From positions 24,032 through 88,031 of the forward strand of contig CAYWSL010000001.1 in assembly GCA_964460665.1 (NCBI GenBank): DNA of 64,000 bases. The letters run 5' to 3'. The stretch's first letter is position 1; each line of letters opens with the position of its first letter. The translations under genes and the position numbers were made by a program. Origin of the DNA: an uncultured Pirellulaceae bacterium. Its GTDB lineage: Bacteria; Planctomycetota; Planctomycetia; Pirellulales; Pirellulaceae. Under the pieces are notes generated by a model. It ran no database searches. It had not been told where the DNA came from and saw nothing but the letters and a program-made list of their open reading frames with translations. Below are positions 9,661-18,900 of the stretch, piece by piece.

Positions 9661-10959
9661 TCATTTACCTCCCAATGTGGTTTCGACGACCATTGCAACG
9701 CCTTGTCCCCCACCGACACACAGCGTTGCCAAACCCCGACGTCCCCCCGACGCCTTCAGTGCTCGTAGCAAAGTCAAAATCAGCCGCGTTCCCGTTGCAC
9801 CCACTGGGTGCCCGAGCGCGATCGCTCCACCATGAACATTCAGTTTTTCGACCGGGAACTCTCCCATCGCTTCGCTCATCCCAAGCTCTTCCTGGGCGAA
9901 CGACTTGGAAGCCGCCGCACGCTGGCAAGCGATCACTTGCGCCGCGAATGCTTCGTTGATTTCGATCAAGTCAAAGTCGGACATTTTTAATCCGGTTTGC
10001 TTCATCAATTTGGCGGTCGCATAGACCGGCCCCAGTCCCATTCGGTGCGGATCGCAACCCGCCACTGCGTACGACGTGATGAAGCCCAGCGGTTCCGACT
10101 CGAATCGCGAAACATCCTCGGGGTTGGTCATCACCAAAGCGGCAGCACCGTCTGTCAGCGGGCAACTATTGCCAGGCGTCACACTACCGTCCTTTTTGAA
10201 GAACGGACGAAGCTTCGCTAGCTGCTGCATCGACTGTTCGTGACGCGGACAGTTGTCCTTGTCCACCGCCTTGCCTGACTTCGATTCCAGTGGTGCAATC
10301 TCGCCGGACAAGAAACACTTTTGCTGCGCTGCCGATCCCTTTCGATGGCTTTCCAATGCGTACTCGTCTTGTTCCTGACGTGTAATGCCGAATTCTTCGA
10401 CCAGTACTTCGGCGGTTTCGCCCATGTTCATGCCACTGACCGGATCGGTCAGCCCCATTTCAATTCCGACCAAAGGCTTGAAGTGCTTAGGGCGAAATGA
10501 CGCGAGCGTTTTAAGCTTTTGGGACATGGTTTTGCTGCGAGCCAACTTCATCCACAGTTTCGCGGCACTGGGCCGATAGAGCATTGGGATGTTGGTCATC
10601 GATTCAGCGCCGCCGGCAATCACCAGCTTAGCGCGTCCCAGTTCGATCGCCTGCCACGCACCGATGATCGACTCCATTCCCGAAGCACAGTTTCGGTTTA
10701 CCGTGTGGGCAATTCGGTCCTTGGGAATACCAGCCTTCAATGCGATGACTCGTGCGATGTTGGCAGCGTCCGGCGGACCGGCGACGTTGCCCATCACGAC
10801 TTCGTCGATGTCATCGCCAGACAATCCGGCACGGCGCAGCGCGTCGACGATGACGTGGCGTCCCAGTTGAACAGCAGAAAATTCGTTTAATACAGTGAAC
10901 GCTTTGCCGAACGGCGTTCGAGCGCCAGAGACAATCGCGATTGGTTTTAAGTGACTCAT
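9661..10959 (-). CDS. fadI: Acetyl-CoA C-acyltransferase (3-ketoacyl-CoA thiolase)
   Basis: NRNCASG (active Cys), EINEAFAAQ, GGAIALGHPVGATG and CVGGGQG. The start overlaps the fadD stop (TAATG). The fadI versus fadA naming is a judgement call. Confidence 0.92.
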   Translation of the reverse strand: MSHLKPIAIVSGARTPFGKAFTVLNEFSAVQLGRHVIVDALRRAGLSGDDIDEVVMGNVAGPPDAANIARVIALKAGIPKDRIAHTVNRNCASGMESIIGAWQAIELGRAKLVIAGGAESMTNIPMLYRPSAAKLWMKLARSKTMSQKLKTLASFRPKHFKPLVGIEMGLTDPVSGMNMGETAEVLVEEFGITRQEQDEYALESHRKGSAAQQKCFLSGEIAPLESKSGKAVDKDNCPRHEQSMQQLAKLRPFFKKDGSVTPGNSCPLTDGAAALVMTNPEDVSRFESEPLGFITSYAVAGCDPHRMGLGPVYATAKLMKQTGLKMSDFDLIEINEAFAAQVIACQRAAASKSFAQEELGMSEAMGEFPVEKLNVHGGAIALGHPVGATGTRLILTLLRALKASGGRRGLATLCVGGGQGVAMVVETTLGGK

Positions 10960-12761
10960 TAGTTGACCTCCTCGTTAGAATCCGCAGTAGGAACATGCGC
11001 CGGTGCGTCGCGAAGCTCGCGACGTACGACTTTCCCAAGGAAGTTCTTGGGCAATTCGCCTTTGCAGTGCTCGAAAACCCTCGGGCGTTTGTGCTTGGAA
11101 AGCGTTCGATGGCAGTGTTCTTCCAACACGTCCTCGTCCCACGTGCAACCTGATTTCAGCGTGATCACGGCTTTGACGATTTCCCCGCGTCGCGTGTCTG
11201 GTTTGCCGACCACCGCGACGTCTTTGACGATCTCGCATCCGCGTATCGCTTCTTCTACTTCGCAGGGATAAACGTTGTACCCCGATGTGATGATCAGGTC
11301 CTTCTTGCGACCAACGATGCTGTAGTAGCCATCGCGATGACGTACGGCCAAGTCACCGGTATGCAGCCAACCATCACGAATCGCTTCGCCTGTTGCGGTT
11401 GGCTCATTCCAGTAGCCCAACATGACCTGAGGTCCACGGATGATCAGTTCGCCAACGTCACCGTCGGTCACATCACGTCGTCCATGATGCGTCTCCACGA
11501 TTCGGCACTGCGTCTCGGGAAGCGGTAATCCAATCACCCCGTATCGTGGCTCGCGGAACAAATGTCCAACGTGCGTGACCGGTGATGCTTCGGACAACCC
11601 GAAGCCCTCAACCACGAGGGCGCCGCTGTGCAAAGAGAACTCACGCCCGACCTCTTCTAGCAACGGCGCACCGCCAGAAATCACCCACTCAATGGATGAC
11701 AATTCCGCTGGATGGCTTCGCAAACGTTGGTTCAAGGCGACCAGCATCGCTGGCACCGCGTGCAGTACGGTTGGTCGATGTTCTTCGATCAGCCGGATCA
11801 CCTTTCGAGTGTTGTACCGATGATGCAGAACCAACGTGGCTCCCATCGCGGTTCCACCCATCACCGTGGCCGACATTCCGTAGCTGTGAAAGAACGGTAG
11901 GACCGCCATCATCGTTTCGGTTCCAAACGAACGATCCGTCCAAACGTATTGTTGCCAAGCATTGGCGACCAAGTTCGTGTGGCTAAGCGTGACGGCTTTT
12001 GGTGTACCGGTCGTTCCACCGGTTGGCAAGATGTAAGCAGAGTCAATCTTGGGATCAATCGTGATCGGCTGCCAACGATTGTCGGCTTCGTCCATCGCGT
12101 CCCAAAACCATCTGGAAACGCAGTTCGATGGGGACTTCCAAAGTCCAGTGTTGCGATGACGCAACCACAGGTAACCCAACTGTTTGAATGCAGGCAAGTG
12201 CTTGCGGATCGACACCAACAACACCTGATCAACTAGTTCTGAATCGTTATCACAAAGTTCAGTTAGCAGATCCAGACAGACAACGGTGCGGCAATGCGTT
12301 GCGCGCAGCAAGCGTTCTACTTCTTCTTGGACCATCAGCGGGCTGATCGCAACCACGACGGCGCCTGCCCGCCATGCACCATTGCAAGCGATAATGTATT
12401 CAGGAACGTTCGGCAGTAGCACTCCCACACGATCGCCAGGGCGGATTCCCATTCGCTGGAACATCGCGGCGCAGCGTATCGCGGCGGCATTCAGTTCTTC
12501 ATACGAATAGACTTCATCGCCATAGCGAACCGCGTCGCGATTCGGCAGTTTTTCTGCGGCATGCTGCAACAGCCCAAAGGCTGGCACATCACGGTAGTCA
12601 GCGATTCCGCTTGGACCTTCCACAGGATTTCGATTCGACACCGGAATCGATAGCGGTGCGACGCCATGCTCGACCGCTGAGGCATCGTTTGGCGAAACGC
12701 CTATTTTGGGCTTACGCCCGTCCCCACCTGTGTCTCCGACTGAATCAAAAAGCTGACTCAT
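10959..12761 (-). CDS. fadD: Long-chain fatty-acid--CoA ligase (start MSQLFD at 12761)
   Basis: Adenylation motifs TGGTTGTPKAV, EGFGLSE, TGDL, RKKDLIITSGYNVYP and LPKNFLGKV. AAGGAG lies upstream of the 12761 ATG. Confidence 0.92.
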   Translation of the reverse strand: MSQLFDSVGDTGGDGRKPKIGVSPNDASAVEHGVAPLSIPVSNRNPVEGPSGIADYRDVPAFGLLQHAAEKLPNRDAVRYGDEVYSYEELNAAAIRCAAMFQRMGIRPGDRVGVLLPNVPEYIIACNGAWRAGAVVVAISPLMVQEEVERLLRATHCRTVVCLDLLTELCDNDSELVDQVLLVSIRKHLPAFKQLGYLWLRHRNTGLWKSPSNCVSRWFWDAMDEADNRWQPITIDPKIDSAYILPTGGTTGTPKAVTLSHTNLVANAWQQYVWTDRSFGTETMMAVLPFFHSYGMSATVMGGTAMGATLVLHHRYNTRKVIRLIEEHRPTVLHAVPAMLVALNQRLRSHPAELSSIEWVISGGAPLLEEVGREFSLHSGALVVEGFGLSEASPVTHVGHLFREPRYGVIGLPLPETQCRIVETHHGRRDVTDGDVGELIIRGPQVMLGYWNEPTATGEAIRDGWLHTGDLAVRHRDGYYSIVGRKKDLIITSGYNVYPCEVEEAIRGCEIVKDVAVVGKPDTRRGEIVKAVITLKSGCTWDEDVLEEHCHRTLSKHKRPRVFEHCKGELPKNFLGKVVRRELRDAPAHVPTADSNEEVN

Positions 12762-13031
12762 GATGGACTCCTTCAAGAAGCCTTCATCCTTGAACCACGG
12801 CATTGCCCACATGGGCAACTCAACCGATCCACTGGTAGGCAGCGAATAGATGCCAACCAGAGGGTTGCCGGCTCTGCAACCAAAACGTTGGTAAGAAGTA
12901 AACTAAGGCACGAATGAAAAGATCACCGATGGTCCGGCAACGTCGTGCGCAGGCCGAGAAGAGCGGAATAACCGAGCCGAAATCTGCTCTTTCTCGCATG
13001 CAATGAATAGTAGTTCGAACAAGCCCGTTAG

Positions 13032-13086
13032 GCAAGTTATTTTCCCCGTATTGGATTATAAAGGAAAATACCGGATCTTTACTTGC
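13032..13086. promoter_or_regulatory. Nested inverted repeats in the AT-rich divergent fad/bpt control region (candidate operator)
   Basis: tattttcc (13038-13045) / ggaaaata (13063-13070), enclosed by gcaagt (13032-13037) / acttgc (13081-13086). Confidence 0.3.
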
Positions 13087-13220
13087 TTTTTCAAAATCAG
13101 CGGAACAGTCGTGAATTCCCGCTATTTAGGTTGGTTTGGTTGGTGTTTTTGGGGCAAAACCAAGCCGAATTACGATGTGGTGCGTAAGATGGACTGACGA
13201 TCTCGTTCCAGCAGATTTCA

Positions 13221-13964
13221 ATGAGCCATCCCAATTCCGAAAATCAACTGCACAAGAATACTGGACAGTTGAAGTTGATCGTTGTTCAAGACCAGCTTCA
13301 GGCCTGTCCCTATCTTGCAGACACAACCGCGCGAATGCCGCTGCGATTGCCGGTGGGAGATGTCACGCCTGCGGCAACCGATCATCTTCTGGAACTTGGC
13401 TATCGTCGCAGCGGTGACTTTGTCTACCGGACACAGTGCCCCGCGTGTGTCGCCTGCCAACCGACCCGTGTTCGACTAGGCAGCTTCAAAATGACGGGTT
13501 CGATGAAACGAGTCTTGAAGCGTGGTGATCGAGACCTAACTTGCAGCTGGGACCAACCAATTGTCGACCAACAGCGCGTCGACATGTTCAACCAGCATCG
13601 CGGACAGCGAAACCTAGGATCGGGCGAAGAGGTAGACGCACGGTCTTACGGTGCGTTTTTAAATGACAGCTGTTGTGACACGATTGAACTATCCATCCGT
13701 CTAAACAATCAGTTGATTGCCGTTGCGATCATCGACGTCGGCAGCACCAGTGTCTCAGCTGTCTACACCCACTTTGATCCAGCGATGAGCCGCTATAGTT
13801 TGGGAACGTACGCGATCCTAAAACAACTGCAGTGGGCCAAAGAAAGCGGCCGCAAGTTTGTTTACCTGGGAATGTACGTGGCAAACAATTCGCACCTGAA
13901 CTATAAAGCCCGCTTCGGGCCACAAGAACGTTTGTTCGATGGCAAATGGCAGGAAGTGACTTAG
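13221..13964 (+). CDS. bpt: ATE-like aminoacyl-tRNA-protein transferase (bacterial Asp/Glu leucyltransferase Bpt family, often annotated arginyltransferase)
   Basis: CPYL, GYRRSGDFVYRTQCPACVACQPTRV, YTHFDP, SLGTYAIL and YLGMYV..LNYKARF are all characteristic of the ATE_N/ATE_C family. Confidence 0.88.
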   Translation: MSHPNSENQLHKNTGQLKLIVVQDQLQACPYLADTTARMPLRLPVGDVTPAATDHLLELGYRRSGDFVYRTQCPACVACQPTRVRLGSFKMTGSMKRVLKRGDRDLTCSWDQPIVDQQRVDMFNQHRGQRNLGSGEEVDARSYGAFLNDSCCDTIELSIRLNNQLIAVAIIDVGSTSVSAVYTHFDPAMSRYSLGTYAILKQLQWAKESGRKFVYLGMYVANNSHLNYKARFGPQERLFDGKWQEVT

Positions 13965-14014
13965 TTGGTACGTGCGTTGGGTTGAGTGGCGGCAGACTGT
14001 AGCTGTGGCGATCG

Positions 14015-15676
14015 TTACTTTGCGTCCCACCACCAGCGCTGTAGCGTCTTTGGCTGCGATGGATCCGGTTTGGCGTAGGCGGCAAGCGATGGATAGTTGA
14101 TCAGCTTGGTTTTGATCGTATCCCGCGTGTTCACCGATACCCCTCCGCTTGCCAGGACAACGTGGTGGATCTTGCGGCCATGACGCACGCTATGGTGCGT
14201 TGCAATCGACTCAACCGATCGCGGAGTCGGCATGGTCCACGTCGTAGTTGACGCCTCGGACGCCAGATGATCGATCAAGGCAATCTGTGATTCGCTGGTG
14301 GCGTGTCGATGAACCAAAGCACTTACCGACGCGAGACGATAAACCGACTCCAACGCACCGTAGATCGGGTACTTTGCTCGAATCGCTTCCCAGTGCTGAT
14401 TGAACTCTTTGACAAACGCTTCGGATCGCGGATCACGAGTCACTTGGCCACGATCTCCGTTGGCCAAAGCCCGTTGGTTTTCGCCGCTTAGACGAATCAC
14501 GGGGCCTGCTATCTCGAAGACACTACGGTTGGCGTCCGTCCGTACGCTGCGCGGCTGGGAGGTAAACCAAAGACGCAGCAACAGCTGATCCGGTGTGCCC
14601 TGGGCAATCTGATCGTCGATCACATCCAGGTAGTTTTTCACTCCATCGGGCATTGGTTGTTGCCCCAAAGCCAATTGCTTCATGTGCCGGTCAGCTTCGA
14701 CCATCACGTAGCCGATCGGCGTGTCGCCAGCAGTGCCAAAAACCTCGACACGCTGCAGTCCCAAGGCTTCTCGCATCTTTTCAGCGGCTTTCCCGACTGG
14801 TATCGAATTGTTCTGAACGGCTTGTGCGACCAAGGCGGCTTGCTTTAGCCCTTGTGGGGTTGGATCGATCGTGCAACCGAATGGTCGATTGTTTCTTGCT
14901 GCGGCCAGGCATGTGAAAAGGAAATCGCTGCGAAGCGTGTTCCTTCCGGTTTGCTGATCGCGAAACCAACCATCCACCTTTTCAATTCCGCCGACTGGGC
15001 CAGCCAGCAAGACGTCATCGTCTCGCAAAATGACATACTGGATTCGCGAAAGTCCGCACAGATGCATGATCGATTCACTTGAACTTTGCCCCAACATTCG
15101 CAGTTGGCCGATTTCGTCTTTCAAGCGTCGCAGCGACACGACTCGCATCGGTGACGGTTGTCGCCATGATGTGTTACTGCCTGAGGTAGCGTTACGGTCG
15201 GAGCGAAGCAGTGTGTTCAAATCATCCAGCGCCTCTGATGGCACCAGAGCCTGGCAAGACTGAAGCGTTCCGTTTGGGTCTACATACACGCCTTGCGGAT
15301 ACGGCGCCATCGTGCTGGGGCCACCTAACGCTTCCCATGTATCGGGCACCACGGTGGTTTCGATCAACTGCATCAACGAACCAAAGTCGGCGAATCCACC
15401 ACCACCAGCACCACCGACTTCGCGAATCACCGAATCACGTTGCCCGCTCGATTGGATGTCGCGAATCGTTCGGGCCGCTGCGACCGGCTCGCCTGCATAG
15501 CTTTGCTGGGATGCGACCTGACCAAGAATCTGATCACGCTGCGTGATCGGGCTGCCAAGTGCCGCTTGATGGGCAACCGCAAACTCTCCTGCTGCTGCGT
15601 GTGTTCGCCGTTCCTGTGCATGGGACAGACACCCCATAGCAACCACACATGACAAAATCGCAAAGATACGTAGCAT
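14015..15676 (-). CDS. Exported planctomycete protein, DUF1598-type
   Basis: Signal-peptide-like N-terminus (MLRIFAILSCVVAMGCLSHAQ). Segments ADFGSLMQLIETTVVPDTWEALGG, GVYVDPNG, RPFGCTIDPT, VEADRHMKQLALG and LLLRLWFTS match my recollection of DUF1598 proteins; not confirmed by search. Confidence 0.65.
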   Translation of the reverse strand: MLRIFAILSCVVAMGCLSHAQERRTHAAAGEFAVAHQAALGSPITQRDQILGQVASQQSYAGEPVAAARTIRDIQSSGQRDSVIREVGGAGGGGFADFGSLMQLIETTVVPDTWEALGGPSTMAPYPQGVYVDPNGTLQSCQALVPSEALDDLNTLLRSDRNATSGSNTSWRQPSPMRVVSLRRLKDEIGQLRMLGQSSSESIMHLCGLSRIQYVILRDDDVLLAGPVGGIEKVDGWFRDQQTGRNTLRSDFLFTCLAAARNNRPFGCTIDPTPQGLKQAALVAQAVQNNSIPVGKAAEKMREALGLQRVEVFGTAGDTPIGYVMVEADRHMKQLALGQQPMPDGVKNYLDVIDDQIAQGTPDQLLLRLWFTSQPRSVRTDANRSVFEIAGPVIRLSGENQRALANGDRGQVTRDPRSEAFVKEFNQHWEAIRAKYPIYGALESVYRLASVSALVHRHATSESQIALIDHLASEASTTTWTMPTPRSVESIATHHSVRHGRKIHHVVLASGGVSVNTRDTIKTKLINYPSLAAYAKPDPSQPKTLQRWWWDAK

Positions 15677-15982
15677 CAGAAGATCCCAACCTAGTGACGA
15701 GTGAGAAGAGACACGAAACGAGTGTGAATTAAGCGTTCGCTGTACGTTTCGCCGCCTCTAGAGTACAGCAAATCTTGGTCCAAAGCCAAAGATGTTGTGA
15801 ACGACAAGGAATTCCGGTGTGGATGTAGCACTTTGCAACATCGACCTGCAGCAATCTGCCACGAAAGCAAAACCAGCCACGCTGTGAAGCGTGGCTGAAT
15901 TGAGAACGATTTCAACTAAGAACCGGACGGTTTGCGCCGCTACGGCACAGCCCTTCGGTCCCTTTAAGGACGTCAGACGGTA

Positions 15983-18900
15983 CTAGAACAAATCAGACAG
16001 CACAGCATCCACTGCAGCTATCTCATCCTGCTCATCTGTCTCTTCGTCGTCACCAGCGATCAAGTCAATGACTGAGAAGTCAGCTTGCTGTGCTACCGAA
16101 CTGGTCGTGATGACTTGGTCCGTTGAATCGCTGATCGACATCGCCGGCTCGAACTGATCGCCATTGCGATTCAGATTCGTGCCAAGCTCGATTGTGTCGG
16201 AACCAATCGGCTGGATTGGTGCGTCAACCTGTTCACCAAAGATGTCACTACGGTCGGCAATGAAATTGATTACCAAGATCGCATCGACAGCGGTAATCGC
16301 CTGAGAACCATCGACGTCCCAGAACAATGGTCCAAAATCGTCGTCCGGAATCGGGATAAATAGTCCTTCGTCAGCAATCATATTGATCACCAAAATCGCG
16401 TCCAACGGCGTAACAAGGCCGCTGGCATCCACGTCAAAGTTATCGACTTGGTTCTGGCGTCCGCCAACAACGAAGTTCAACGTAACCGTTCCTGGTAAAC
16501 TTCGCCGACCCGACGAGTCCTCTACCGAGTACGTGAACGAATCCTGACCGGTGAAGGGAGCCGTTGGCACATACCGCAGCTGGCCATTGGGCAAGATCGT
16601 GACCGTTCCGTTAGTTGGCTGAGTTTCAATCACCAATGTCGAAGCCAAGAAGTCACCTTCATCGTTGGCCAAAACATCAACGTCAAGCTGTCCAGCGACC
16701 GAGACACCACTTGCGACATCCGGATTCGCCGTTGGTAAATCTCCAACATCAACCGTTACGGTTGCTGGCTCACTCTGCTGTCCAAGATCGTCACCGACGG
16801 TGTAGCTGAACTCATCTGGCCCCGTGAAGCCAACGTCCGAGACGTATGTCACTGTGCCACTATTGTTCACAATCAGCGAACCGTTCTCGGGTTGCAAAGT
16901 GATGATGATCGAAGCAGGGTCAATCGAACCGTCGACGTCAAAGTCGTTGGCTAGGACATCAATGTCTAGCCCAACGTTTGGTGCAGCAAACACCGAATCG
17001 GCTACCGCAGTCGGCTCGTCATTGATTCCTTGTACATTCAGCAACACATTTGCTGTCGGCATCGGGTCTTCACCATCAGTATCCGTGATCATGTAAGTGA
17101 ATTGATCTACCAGTGAGGTGTTCGGTGGCAAAGCTTGAAGTATGGTTGAGGTTGTCGGATCGTAGATCAAATCACCATTTGAATCGCGTGTGATCGTCGC
17201 CCCTAAATCTGACACAAGCGGTGTCGAAATCACAACACTTAACACTTCGTTCGGATCGAAAGCACTGTCAGGATCAAAGTCGTTTGCCAACAGGTCAGCT
17301 GGATCGATCCGAAGCAATTCGTCTTCGTTAGCAAGCACTGTGTCATCGACCGCAATTGGGCTGTCGTCGACTGGATTGATCGTGATTGTCAGCGTTGCGG
17401 GCAATGATCGCCCAGCAACCGAGTCAACGGCTGTGACCAGAACGTCAACGGTTCCATTTGCATCTGGAGCTGGCGTGAAGGTTAGTTCTCCCGTTACTGA
17501 TACGTTAGGCAAAACTGCAAACAAATTTTCGCGTCCTGCAGGCACTTCGACCTCAAAGCGGTCGATCGTCTGTGTTGCTGCTTCGTCACCAGGCCCAGGT
17601 GAGATGTTCGTCGCCCAATTGCTCAGGGTGAACAATCCACTGTCCTCATCAACCAAAACAGGTGTAGGCGAAGCGGTAAATGTTGGCGGATCATTTTCGA
17701 CCCCAATAACGATTTGGAACGGATGCACGGTTTGATTCACGTCGCCGTTAGCAGCAATCGCCGGTCCGTTATCCGTCAGCACGAGTTGGAAATCGGCAAC
17801 ACCGCTCTGATCCTGTGCTGTCTCAAACGACAGGCTCAACGTCGTCCCCACTAGCGTCACGGTCGGCTGCGTAGCGAAAAGCGACGAACTATTGCTTAGC
17901 GATGTCAAGCTAGCTGTCACTGTCTGTGCTGTCGCACCTGATACTTCATCGAGTGCTCCTAGTGGACCAGGTAGAACAGAAGTCGCCCAATCTGGAATCG
18001 TGACCACCCCTTCGTCTTCAAGGACGATGACATCGGCGGCTCCGGTGAAAATTGGCGGATCATTGACACCAACAACATTGATGGTGACCGTCACATCAGT
18101 GGTTCTTGGATCGGCCGTCGGCTGTCCGTTGGACGCAACTAAAACGGTTTCGCCGTCATCTTGCAGTTGGTAGACAAACGAATCTTGGCCAACAAAATTC
18201 ACGGGTGGTTGATAGTCATATCCAGTCAAGTTGCCAGCAGCATCTTGGACCGCAGTCAACGTGCCACCACTCACGGTAGTCAGTGGAACTACCCCCAAAG
18301 CCAGTGACTGATTTCCACCAGGGTCGGCGGTGCTCGCTTCGTTTGCCGGACCAACGGTGAAGGCCCCCAAAAGATCGCCGCTAACAATGGACCCATTGGC
18401 GCTGATAAACAACGTTGTGTTTTCAGAGTTGTTAAACGCCAACGATCCGGCAGCCGGATCAATTGCCGGCGGATCATTTACAGGACGGATATCGATTGTC
18501 AGTGTTTCGATATTCGATCGGTTGATGTCGCCACGTGTAGAAACATCCGCACCAAGACCGTCATCAACTAACGAGACCTCGAATACAAATTGTCCAAACA
18601 CATCAGGAGCCGATTCGTATTGCAAAACACCCGCTGCTGAAATGGTCGGTTCTGTCGTGAAGGAAGTCGGCAGATCGGCCGCAGTGATGTTCACTGGCGA
18701 AAGTTCAAAATCGATATTTTGTCCCAGAGCAAATTCGATTTCATCGGTCGCCGTTGCTGGGCCCGCAGCAAAATTAAACGCGAATCCAGCCACGCTCTGT
18801 AGCCCTGCGTCTTCGGCTGCCTGCACATTGTTAGTGCTTAACTGGTAAATAGGGGCGTCGTTGACTGGTGTTAAATTAAGCCTTACACGGTTCGAGGCCG

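Noticed and set aside
5232-12818. Longer N-termini given by the ORF track for patatin, fadE, fadJ and fadD (and 35351-35425 for gene A)
   Set aside because: Downstream ATGs have clear SD sequences or translational coupling, or the extensions look non-coding or overlap the upstream gene.
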